In this document: in pieces, positions 23,884 to 31,808 of the stretch
Numbering within the stretch: the first letter of the stretch is position 1
Layout of the letters: each line of letters starts with the position of its first letter
Source: a virus
Virus record (IMG/VR): IMGVR_UViG_3300046836_000255
DNA length: 43,896 bases
Reading direction: 5' to 3' (one strand)
Position numbers and translations under genes: made by a program
Notes under the pieces: generated by a model
Database searches by the model: none
Told to the model about the DNA's origin: nothing
What the model saw: the letters and a program-made list of their open reading frames with translations, nothing else

Positions 23884-24465
23884 ATGATGCTGGGCGGTCA
23901 TCCTCTTGGTGCGCGAGCGCTAGGCGCAGCCGGTAAGCACGCGCAGCAGCAGCCGAGTGTGCTGTCTGCAGTCATTCGCGGCATGATGCTGGGCGGTCAC
24001 CCGCTTGGCGCACGCCCACTGGGTGCGATGGCGCGGGTCAGCCCTGGGCCTGGGCCTGAGCCTGGGCCGCCGACCGGCGAGACCATCCTGCAGCCCTCTG
24101 GCGCGACATTCTCGCGCAAGCGTTGGCTGGAGCTGATCGCCGAGGCCGAGGCGAAGGCGCGCGGTGAGCAGGCAGCCGAGGAGCTACGGCACGAGGCGGC
24201 GCGCGACATCGCCAACAAGGCGATTGAGAAGGCGCGTGCCGAGGTGCTTAGCCGCCGGGCTGAGCAGCAGGCGCAATGGGCCGAGCAGCAGCGCGTGCGC
24301 GAGCTGGCGGCGGCGCTCGCCAGCGGCCAGGGGCTCGCCAACCTGCAGCACGCTGCGCAGCTTGCCAACGCCATGGCGACGGCGGCGACGCAGCACGCAC
24401 ATGCGCAGCAGGCAAATAGCCAGGACGACGACGAGGCGCTGATGCTGCTGCTACCACATCGATGA
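23884..24465 (+). CDS. Hypothetical coiled-coil protein with duplicated N-terminal motif
   Basis: MMLGGHPLGARALGA (aa 1-15) is repeated as MMLGGHPLGARPLGA (aa 34-48); the C-terminal half is A/E/Q-rich helical. Confidence 0.65.
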   Translation: MMLGGHPLGARALGAAGKHAQQQPSVLSAVIRGMMLGGHPLGARPLGAMARVSPGPGPEPGPPTGETILQPSGATFSRKRWLELIAEAEAKARGEQAAEELRHEAARDIANKAIEKARAEVLSRRAEQQAQWAEQQRVRELAAALASGQGLANLQHAAQLANAMATAATQHAHAQQANSQDDDEALMLLLPHR

Positions 24466-24471
24466 GGCACC

Positions 24472-24786
24472 ATGGACGAGGAAGTCAACGAACATCAGCT
24501 GCTGCGCGATCAGGAGCGTGCTGCACGAGCCCAGGCGCTGCTCGGCAACGAGCTGCTGCAGGAGGCGTTCAAGACGCTGGAGGAGCGCTACATGCGAGCA
24601 TGGCGCGACACCGGCATGTCGCCGAATGACACGCATGCACGCGAGCGGCTGTTCCAGGCGGTCAATATCGTCGGCAAGGTGCGCGAGCATCTGGAGCGCG
24701 TGATCGAAGGCGGCAAGCTCGCCAAGCGACAAATCGAAGACATCGAGCGGCGCAAGGAAATGGGCTTCGCGCCCTATATGCCGTAA
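24472..24786 (+). CDS. Hypothetical head-assembly-region protein (104 aa)
   Basis: Helical, charged ORF immediately upstream of the scaffold gene. Confidence 0.65.
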   Translation: MDEEVNEHQLLRDQERAARAQALLGNELLQEAFKTLEERYMRAWRDTGMSPNDTHARERLFQAVNIVGKVREHLERVIEGGKLAKRQIEDIERRKEMGFAPYMP

Positions 24787-24803
24787 CCCCAACCGAGGAT
24801 CAC

Positions 24804-25934
24804 ATGAGCGACCAGACGACTGCCCCTGCGGGCGGCGGCGACGATATTCCGTCGATGCCAGTCAGCACCCCGGCGACCCCCGACAGCTCTCCGATTTCCC
24901 CCGCTGAAGCCGGCCGGCAATTGGCCGCTTGGCGATACAAGCGCCAGAACCCCGAGGACGGGGCAGGCGCAGGCGACGCTGCTGCCGATGGCACAGCTGG
25001 CGCCCCACCCGATACAGCCGCTGAGGCTGATGCCGCCCCTCCCACCGAGGAGGTTCCCGGCGAGACGACCGAGACAGTCGACCCGGCAGCAGAGCAGCTG
25101 CCGCCCATCGATGCGCCGAGGTCTTGGACTGCCGACGATAAGGCTCTCTTTGCTACCCTCCCCCGCGCGACGCAGGAGAAGCTCGCGGAGCGCGACAGGG
25201 CGCGGGAGACCGAGTTCAGGCGGTCGCAAAACGAGGCTGCTGAGCTGCGCAAGGCTGTCGATGCCGAAGCGCAGGGCGTGCAGCAGGCTCGGGCACGGTA
25301 CGAGCAGGCGTTGCCTGCTCTGCTGCAGACGCTGCAAGAACAGCAGCGTGGCGAGTTTCAAGACATCCGCACAATGGCGGATGTCGAGAAGCTCGCGCGA
25401 GAAGATTGGCCCCGCTACGCACTGTGGGACGCGGCACAGAAGAAGGTCGCCGCCGTCGCACAGGAGGTGCAGGCAGCTCAACATCGTCAGGTCAACGAAT
25501 ATCAGGCGCAATGGAACGCCTACGCGACCAAGCAGGATCAAGCCCTGCTCGACCGCGTGCCTGACCTGTCCGACAAGACGAAGGCGCAGAAGTTGGCGGA
25601 TGCCGCTGCTGCGGTCTATCGCGATGTCGGGTTCAAGGATGATGAGCTGCAGGCGCTGTGGAGCGGGCAGGCGAGTGTCTCACTGCGAGATGCGCGGCTA
25701 AGCCAAATCGTAATCGATGCAGCTCGCTGGCGTGAAGCGAAAGCCAACGCCGCGAAAGCCGTTAAGCCCGGTCTGCCGCCCGTACAGCGGCCCGGTGCTG
25801 CCTCGTCTCGCCCCACTGCGGCGAGCGCGGAGATCAAAGCCCTCGAACAGAAGTTCAATCAAACCGGTTCGCTCAAGGACGCGCATGCCCTTCGTATGGC
25901 GCAGCGCGCACAGCAGCGGAACAGACAAGGATGA
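24804..25934 (+). CDS. Scaffolding protein
   Basis: 376 aa, acidic A/P/E-rich N-terminus followed by long helical/coiled-coil segments; directly upstream of the major capsid gene. Confidence 0.75.
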   Translation: MSDQTTAPAGGGDDIPSMPVSTPATPDSSPISPAEAGRQLAAWRYKRQNPEDGAGAGDAAADGTAGAPPDTAAEADAAPPTEEVPGETTETVDPAAEQLPPIDAPRSWTADDKALFATLPRATQEKLAERDRARETEFRRSQNEAAELRKAVDAEAQGVQQARARYEQALPALLQTLQEQQRGEFQDIRTMADVEKLAREDWPRYALWDAAQKKVAAVAQEVQAAQHRQVNEYQAQWNAYATKQDQALLDRVPDLSDKTKAQKLADAAAAVYRDVGFKDDELQALWSGQASVSLRDARLSQIVIDAARWREAKANAAKAVKPGLPPVQRPGAASSRPTAASAEIKALEQKFNQTGSLKDAHALRMAQRAQQRNRQG

Positions 25935-25937
25935 GCC

Positions 25938-26900
25938 ATGTCCCTCCCCGGAGGTACGTTTGCCACCTATGAAGCGGTAGGCAACCGCGAAGACCTGTCG
26001 GATGTGATCTATCGCATCGATGCGACAGACACGCCATTCTTCTCGGCGTGCGAAAAAGAGAAAGCGACTGCCGTCAATCACGAATGGCAGACCCAAGCAC
26101 TCGCTGCGCCTGATGGCAACAACGCGGTGCTCGAAGGCGACGACGCGACGACCGACAACGTCCTGCCGACCGTGCGTCTCGGCAACTACTGTCAGATCAG
26201 CGACAAGGTCGCTCGCGTCACCGGCACCCAGCAGGCTGTCGATCACGCCGGCCGCGACAACGAGCTGGCCTATCAGGAGATGCTGAAGGGCCTGGAGCTG
26301 AAGCGCGACCTTGAGACGATCCTGCTGCAGAACCAAGCGAAGAATGCCGGCTCCGATGCCGTCATTCGCAAGACCGCATCGGTGCTCAGCTGGATCAAGA
26401 CCAATACCAACAAGGGCACCGGCGGCGTCGACCCGGCCGCTGCCGACGGCACCGGTATCCGCACCGACTCGACCGCGCCCAACCAGCGTGCGTTTAACGA
26501 AGCGCTGCTCAAGGACGTGCTCGCCAAAGCGTGGAACACGGGCGGCAAGCCCGACGTGGTCTACGTGGGCAGCTTCAACAAGCAGGCGTTCTCGATGTTC
26601 AACGGTCGCGCCTCGCCCATCGAGGAGGCCCAGACGAAGAAGATCACAGCAGCGGTCACAGCCTACGAGAGCGATTTCGGCACCCTCAAAGTGACGGCCG
26701 ACCGTTTCATGCGGGCTCGCGATGCGCTCGTGCTGCAGTCCAACATGTGGGCTATAGCGACCATCAGCGGACGCAAGATGGTGTCCATCGTCCTCGCCAA
26801 GACCGGCGACTCCGACCGCAGGCAAATCCTCACTGAGTACGCGCTTGTCGCGCGCAATGAGAAATCCGGCGGCGGCGTCTTCGATCTGACCACGGTGTAA
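25938..26900 (+). CDS. Major capsid protein (SU10-type / DUF5309-like HK97 fold)
   Basis: N-terminal signature GNREDLSDVIYRIDATDTPFFS...KATAVNHEWQTQAL. 320 aa. Followed by a strong terminator. Confidence 0.88.
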   Translation: MSLPGGTFATYEAVGNREDLSDVIYRIDATDTPFFSACEKEKATAVNHEWQTQALAAPDGNNAVLEGDDATTDNVLPTVRLGNYCQISDKVARVTGTQQAVDHAGRDNELAYQEMLKGLELKRDLETILLQNQAKNAGSDAVIRKTASVLSWIKTNTNKGTGGVDPAAADGTGIRTDSTAPNQRAFNEALLKDVLAKAWNTGGKPDVVYVGSFNKQAFSMFNGRASPIEEAQTKKITAAVTAYESDFGTLKVTADRFMRARDALVLQSNMWAIATISGRKMVSIVLAKTGDSDRRQILTEYALVARNEKSGGGVFDLTTV

Positions 26901-26926
26901 TCGCTCCTCGATCAGAGCAATTCAGC

Positions 26927-26957
26927 AGGGCGGTCATCGTGGCCGCCCTTTTCATTT
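26927..26957 (+). terminator. Rho-independent terminator after the capsid gene
   Basis: Stem agggcggtc / ggccgccct (26927-26935 / 26941-26949) with loop atcgt, followed by ttttcattt. Confidence 0.75.
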
Positions 26958-26972
26958 GGAGAGGAACGATCA

Positions 26973-27326
26973 ATGCCCCTCAAGGTCAACTATCCGTTCA
27001 GCGTGGACGAGTACAGCGCGTACTGCTCCTCGCTTGGCGCTACGCCGCTCGCTGCCTTCGTGCATGTGGCTGAAGGCGGCCAGCTCATCGAGGTTGGTGT
27101 CGTGCAGAGCGCTGCCGTCACTGGAACCTCGACCGTCACCGTCTCGGTTGGCGGTGTGACGGTCGCAACGATCCCGGTCACCGGCGGTGGTATCGGCAGC
27201 GTGTTCACTGCGGTCCCATCCGCTTCGACATACGTGAACGAGGACGACGTGGTCCTGTTCGCGCCTGCCGGCGGGACCGGTGCTGCCATCACTGGCATGT
27301 GCTTTGCCAAGGTTCGAGGCTCGTAA
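26973..27326 (+). CDS. Hypothetical virion protein (possible head decoration)
   Basis: 117 aa, beta-rich G/V/T composition, RBS GGAGAGG upstream. Confidence 0.7.
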   Translation: MPLKVNYPFSVDEYSAYCSSLGATPLAAFVHVAEGGQLIEVGVVQSAAVTGTSTVTVSVGGVTVATIPVTGGGIGSVFTAVPSASTYVNEDDVVLFAPAGGTGAAITGMCFAKVRGS

Positions 27327-27330
27327 TCCG

Positions 27331-27636
27331 ATGTCACATCGCGTCCTCCAAGGTAGCGGTCAGAATGTCGCGTTCGCTATCGCTGGCGGTGCGTCGGCGC
27401 AATCCACTGCATTCGGCACGCAGACGCGGCGCATCCGCGTTTGCGTTGTCGGCGTCTATGCAGCCGATGCCGGCGCTCGCATCGAGATTGGCGACAATCC
27501 TGTTGCGTCGGCAACCACGACGCTGCTGCCGGTCAACGAGCCGGAATACTTCACCGTCTCGCCCGGTCAGAAGGTTGCGGTGTTGAGCAACAACGCCACG
27601 GCCGGCACCCTCAACGTGGTCGAGCTGACCGACTAG
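27331..27636 (+). CDS. Hypothetical virion protein (101 aa)
   Basis: ATG at 27331; beta-rich composition. Confidence 0.65.
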   Translation: MSHRVLQGSGQNVAFAIAGGASAQSTAFGTQTRRIRVCVVGVYAADAGARIEIGDNPVASATTTLLPVNEPEYFTVSPGQKVAVLSNNATAGTLNVVELTD

Positions 27637-27641
27637 CCGCC

Positions 27642-27932
27642 ATGATGCAAGTGCGCTTTCACCTCGACAGCAACGGGCGCGACATCACCGTCGAGCACGT
27701 GCAGGATGTCGAGGCGATCATCGAACGCAACAAAATGTTGCAGACGATGCCGCAGAAGAGCGATTGGGGACGACAGATCGCTGAAATCCCCAACGTCTTC
27801 ATCATGCAGTGGCTTAACGAGGAGTGGGCGCGCGGCAACGCCGAGATGCGCCTGTTCAGCGAGGAGTTCAACCAGCTCGTCGCCCGCAAGCTGCGCGATC
27901 CAGATTGGCGTTTCCTGAGAACCGACAAATGA
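27642..27932 (+). CDS. Hypothetical protein (96 aa)
   Basis: ATG at 27642; the upstream part of ORF 27441..27932 overlaps the previous gene out of frame. Confidence 0.65.
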   Translation: MMQVRFHLDSNGRDITVEHVQDVEAIIERNKMLQTMPQKSDWGRQIAEIPNVFIMQWLNEEWARGNAEMRLFSEEFNQLVARKLRDPDWRFLRTDK

Positions 27933-28531
27933 CCATCGCGACCTACAGCGACCTATTGATAGCAGTGGGCAACTGGTTGCAGCGCGACGACATCACTGCG
28001 CTCTATCCCGATTTCGTCATGCTGTTCGAAGCCAACGCCAATCAAAAGCTGCGCACGCGCCTGCAGACGATTGTGCGCCAGGATGTCTGCGCCAATGCGG
28101 CAATCATCCTGCCGACCGACTACCAATCGATGCAGCGCGTGACGTGGCGCGGCAGCGTGGCGCGCGATCTCCAATACGTGGAGCCCGAGCAGCTGATCAT
28201 GAACTACCCGACCGGGTCAGGCGGCAACCCTCAGGCCTACACCATCGAGGGGCAGAACATGATGATCCAGCCGGCCGATAACGTCACGCCCATTGAGTAC
28301 GCGTATCGCCAGCGCATCATGCCGCTCGCCAGCGGCGTCAATTGGCTGTTCCAGACATACCCCAACCTCTATCTGTTCGGCACGCTGGTCGAGGCGCAGG
28401 CGTATGCGGTCGATCCTGCCAAGGGCGAGATGTGGCAGAACCGCCGCGATGAAATCTACAACGACATCCAGCTGCTCGATTTCCGCAGTCGCGACGGGAT
28501 GATCATCACCCCACATGGAGTGACGCCCTAA
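27929..28531 (+). CDS. Head-tail adaptor / tail tubular protein A-like
   Basis: 200 aa. N-terminus TYSDLLIAVGNWLQRDDITALYPDFVMLFEANANQKLR is typical of podovirus adaptor-region proteins. It occupies the position of T7 gp11. Confidence 0.6.
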   Translation: MTIATYSDLLIAVGNWLQRDDITALYPDFVMLFEANANQKLRTRLQTIVRQDVCANAAIILPTDYQSMQRVTWRGSVARDLQYVEPEQLIMNYPTGSGGNPQAYTIEGQNMMIQPADNVTPIEYAYRQRIMPLASGVNWLFQTYPNLYLFGTLVEAQAYAVDPAKGEMWQNRRDEIYNDIQLLDFRSRDGMIITPHGVTP

Positions 28532-30009
28532 TGCCCGTCCTCCCGTTCGGCGAGTATCGCCCCGACGTGACCGACTACAACGGACAGGCGACGCGCACCG
28601 CCACCAATGTGTTTCCGCGTGCCGATGGCTACGGCCCGGTGCCGAGCCTGACCGCCTACACCCCTCCGCTGCCGGGTGTGTGTCGTGGCTTTTTCTATGC
28701 GCGCAAGAACGATGGCAGCATCCAGATTTTCGCCGCCACCGCGACGCGCATCTACACCTTCGTGACCGGCAGCAATAGCTGGACCGACGTGTCGCTGGGC
28801 GGCTCCGGTGGCGGCGGCTACACGCCTGTCGCGGCGGATGGACAGTGGCAATTCCGTCAGTTCAACAATTTCGTGCTCGCGGTTCACGGCACCGTCAATC
28901 CGCAAATCTACAACCTTGTTGCCGGTGGCGCATTCGCAGATTTGGGAGGCAATCCCCCACAAGCGAAATACATCGCCATCGTGAACCGGTTTGTTGTGCT
29001 GTCGGGGCTCGCGCCGCCTAATGTCTACCGTGTGCAGTGGTCTGATCTCAACGGCATCACGACGTGGACATCTGGCATCGGTCTGTCAGACTTCCAAGAC
29101 CTTGCCGATGGCGGCATGTGTCGTGGCGTGGTGGGTGGCGAAGCTGGCATCATCATGCAGGACACCGCGATCCGGCGTATGACGTTCTCGCCGGGCAGTC
29201 CCTACATATTCGGCATAGAACGCATCTCGTCGGACGATGGGCTGCTCGCGCCTTACTCGCTCGTCAACGCGGGCGACCGTATCTTCTTCATCAGCCCGCA
29301 GGGTTTCAAGATGCTGGTGCCGGGCAGCTATCCGCAGCCGATTGCCAAGGAGCGGTTCGACCGCACGTTCTTGGCCGATCTCGATCAGACCCAGTTGCAG
29401 ATGGTCATCGGTGCGACCGATCCGCGTCGCAAGTGTGTCTACTGGGCCTACAAGTCGGTCAACGGCATTGCCGGACAGTTCGACCGCATCGTTGTCTACG
29501 ATTGGGCGCTGCAGAACGGATCGATCCTCAATCAGCGCGGCGAGTACATCGCGACCCTTTCGCAGGCCGGCATTGGCCTCGATGACGTGCCGTTCCCCTT
29601 TGGCGGCAACATCGATGCGCAAAGCATCGGGAGCTGGGACAACATCTCGGTCGCCACCTACTCGCAGCTCGGCGGCGCGGCGCTCGATCATACGCTCGGC
29701 TTTTTCCAAGGCGCCAATCTTGAGGCGACCATCGACACCGCCGAGCAGTCGGGTGACGGGAAACGCTTTCGGCTACGCGGCATGCGGCCGATCACCGATG
29801 CCCCAACGGTGTTCTGCTCGACGCTGGCGCGAAATACGCTCCAAGGCGCCGCCACGCAGTCCGTCGAGAGCAAGACCAATATTGCAGGCAAGTGTCCGCA
29901 GAACGTCTCGACGCGTTTCGCGCGAGCGCGCGTGCGTATCCCAGCTGGCACTGTCTGGTCGTTCGCAACCGGCGTTGAGCCTGATCTGATCGCAGAGGGC
30001 GATCAATGA
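28531..30009 (+). CDS. Tail tubular protein B / nozzle-like protein
   Basis: 492 aa. N-terminus MPVLPFGEYRPDVTDYNGQATRTATNVFPRADGYGP is typical of podovirus tail-hub proteins. TAATG coupling with the adaptor gene. Confidence 0.6.
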   Translation: MPVLPFGEYRPDVTDYNGQATRTATNVFPRADGYGPVPSLTAYTPPLPGVCRGFFYARKNDGSIQIFAATATRIYTFVTGSNSWTDVSLGGSGGGGYTPVAADGQWQFRQFNNFVLAVHGTVNPQIYNLVAGGAFADLGGNPPQAKYIAIVNRFVVLSGLAPPNVYRVQWSDLNGITTWTSGIGLSDFQDLADGGMCRGVVGGEAGIIMQDTAIRRMTFSPGSPYIFGIERISSDDGLLAPYSLVNAGDRIFFISPQGFKMLVPGSYPQPIAKERFDRTFLADLDQTQLQMVIGATDPRRKCVYWAYKSVNGIAGQFDRIVVYDWALQNGSILNQRGEYIATLSQAGIGLDDVPFPFGGNIDAQSIGSWDNISVATYSQLGGAALDHTLGFFQGANLEATIDTAEQSGDGKRFRLRGMRPITDAPTVFCSTLARNTLQGAATQSVESKTNIAGKCPQNVSTRFARARVRIPAGTVWSFATGVEPDLIAEGDQ

Positions 30010-30335
30010 CGACCGGCTCGGGCCTATACATCAGCCAAGCCGAGAAAGACCCGTTCAAGCAGAATACAGCAATCCGGCAGCTGATCGAGGGACGCAGTAA
30101 CGCGGTTGGCACTGTCACGCTCAACGGCAACGGTGTGGCGACCTCGACTGTCGTAACAGCGCGTACCTGCAGCAGCAGCTCAGCCGTGTTCCTATTTCCG
30201 GCAACCGCGCATGCTGCCGCTGTGGTGGCGACCACCTACGTGACGGCGCCCAATGTGGTTGCGGGGCAATTCACTGTGACACACGCCGCCACCGCGAACG
30301 GCGACGCGACGTTCTGGTGGGTCTGCCTTGGTTGA
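30006..30335 (+). CDS. Hypothetical virion protein (109 aa)
   Basis: ATGA coupling; A/T/V-rich beta composition. Confidence 0.65.
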   Translation: MTTGSGLYISQAEKDPFKQNTAIRQLIEGRSNAVGTVTLNGNGVATSTVVTARTCSSSSAVFLFPATAHAAAVVATTYVTAPNVVAGQFTVTHAATANGDATFWWVCLG

Positions 30336-30732
30336 GCTGGTGTGCGTCCCACCGGATCGCGCGAGAATTGTTTGGCCACGCGCCGAGTCGCTCGTGTACG
30401 CCGCCGTCGAGGCGACCGACCTTGTGGCATTCGCGGAGATCAGGGACGCGGTGCTCGCCGGCCGCGCATTGATGTGGCTCGCGCTCGATAACAATCGGCT
30501 GCTCGCCGTCGCCACCACCGAGCTGCGCCGCACCGAGCACTCGCTGGTGTGTGTCATCACCTCATGCGCCGGGCATCTCGGTGACGAGCTGCACAGGCTG
30601 CTTGGCGGCATCGAAGACTTCGCCCGCGCCGAGGGCTGCAACAAGGTTCGATTGACCGGCCGACGCGGCTGGGCGCGGAAATTAAAGGAGCACTACGTGC
30701 AGAAACACGTCATGCTCGAAAGGCAGCTGTAA
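30328..30732 (+). CDS. GNAT-fold-like protein (putative acetyltransferase), start uncertain (TTG 30328 or GTG 30337)
   Basis: C-terminal pattern IEDFARAEGCNKVRLTGRRGW.R.L resembles the acetyltransferase-like proteins seen in podovirus tail modules. There is no clear R/Q-x-x-G-x-G/A motif. Confidence 0.4.
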   Translation: MVELVCVPPDRARIVWPRAESLVYAAVEATDLVAFAEIRDAVLAGRALMWLALDNNRLLAVATTELRRTEHSLVCVITSCAGHLGDELHRLLGGIEDFARAEGCNKVRLTGRRGWARKLKEHYVQKHVMLERQL

Positions 30733-31808
30733 TGACCACTTCGACCTCAACGCAAGACACATCACAGCAGTCGCAAACGAACCCGTGGGCGCCGACGATG
30801 GACACCCTCAAGGGGTTCATCGGCAACATCGGCAGCTTGGCCGGCAACGTCAACCCGACTGGTGCGGTCGCGAATGCGTTCAACTCGATCCAGGCGAACG
30901 CCGGCAACGTCCCCGACTACACCAATCAGGCGCTCGGCTACGCGAGCAACCTCATTGGCGGCGGCAACAACTACGCGCCGATGGTGCAGGATGCCTACGG
31001 CAAGCAGGCGGATGCGCTCAACCCGATCATGTCGGCGTCGCTCGATCCGACCCAGACGCCGGGCATCGGGCAGCAGCTCGCCACCACACAGCAAGACATC
31101 ACCAACAGCGTCAATGGACAGTTCGCTGCCGCCGGTCGCGATCTGAGCGGTGCGAACAGCATGGCGCTCGGGAAGGGCCTCGCGCAGGGCATGGCGCCGA
31201 TCCTGACCAACCAATACAACGCCAACGTCGGCAACCGGATGGCGGCATCGGGGCAGCTCGGTCAAGCGGCCCAAGGCGCCGCAGGGACGCTCAGCGGCTT
31301 GCAGCAGACCGGGCTCGGCAATCAGGCGCAGGGTTTCAATTGGCTCACCAACGGCCTCCCCAATGCGACTAATGCGGGCGCGCTCAACACGATCAATGCC
31401 GGCCAGATGCCGTTCCAGTACAGCACCGGGAACCTGAGCGCACTGCTCGGGCTGACGACGCCGATTGCGGCGCTTGGCGGCCAGAGCACCGGCACCTCGA
31501 ACACGCAGGGCACGCAAACCATGTCGCCGTTCCAGGCGGCGATGATGGGGCTCAATACCGCCGGCAATCTCGGCTTCAAGTTCTCCGACCGCCGGCTGAA
31601 AAAAGACATCAAACAGATTGGCACGCTGTTCGATGGCACGCCGGTGTATCGCTTCAAATATCTCACCAGCGACACGACCAACATCGGCTTGATGGCGGAC
31701 GACATCGAGAAGTTCGCACCGGATGCCGTCTCGGCATCCGACAATGGCTTCAAGATGGTCGACTATCACGCGGCGACTGAACGCGCTGCGAAGCAGAGGA
31801 CACGCTGA
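30732..31808 (+). CDS. G/N/Q-rich virion protein with a C-terminal intramolecular chaperone (Peptidase_S74-like) domain
   Basis: C-terminus SDRRLKKDIKQIGTLFDGTPVYRFKYL...IGLMADDIEKFAPDAV....GFKMVDY is the S74 chaperone signature. Confidence 0.75.
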   Translation: MTTSTSTQDTSQQSQTNPWAPTMDTLKGFIGNIGSLAGNVNPTGAVANAFNSIQANAGNVPDYTNQALGYASNLIGGGNNYAPMVQDAYGKQADALNPIMSASLDPTQTPGIGQQLATTQQDITNSVNGQFAAAGRDLSGANSMALGKGLAQGMAPILTNQYNANVGNRMAASGQLGQAAQGAAGTLSGLQQTGLGNQAQGFNWLTNGLPNATNAGALNTINAGQMPFQYSTGNLSALLGLTTPIAALGGQSTGTSNTQGTQTMSPFQAAMMGLNTAGNLGFKFSDRRLKKDIKQIGTLFDGTPVYRFKYLTSDTTNIGLMADDIEKFAPDAVSASDNGFKMVDYHAATERAAKQRTR

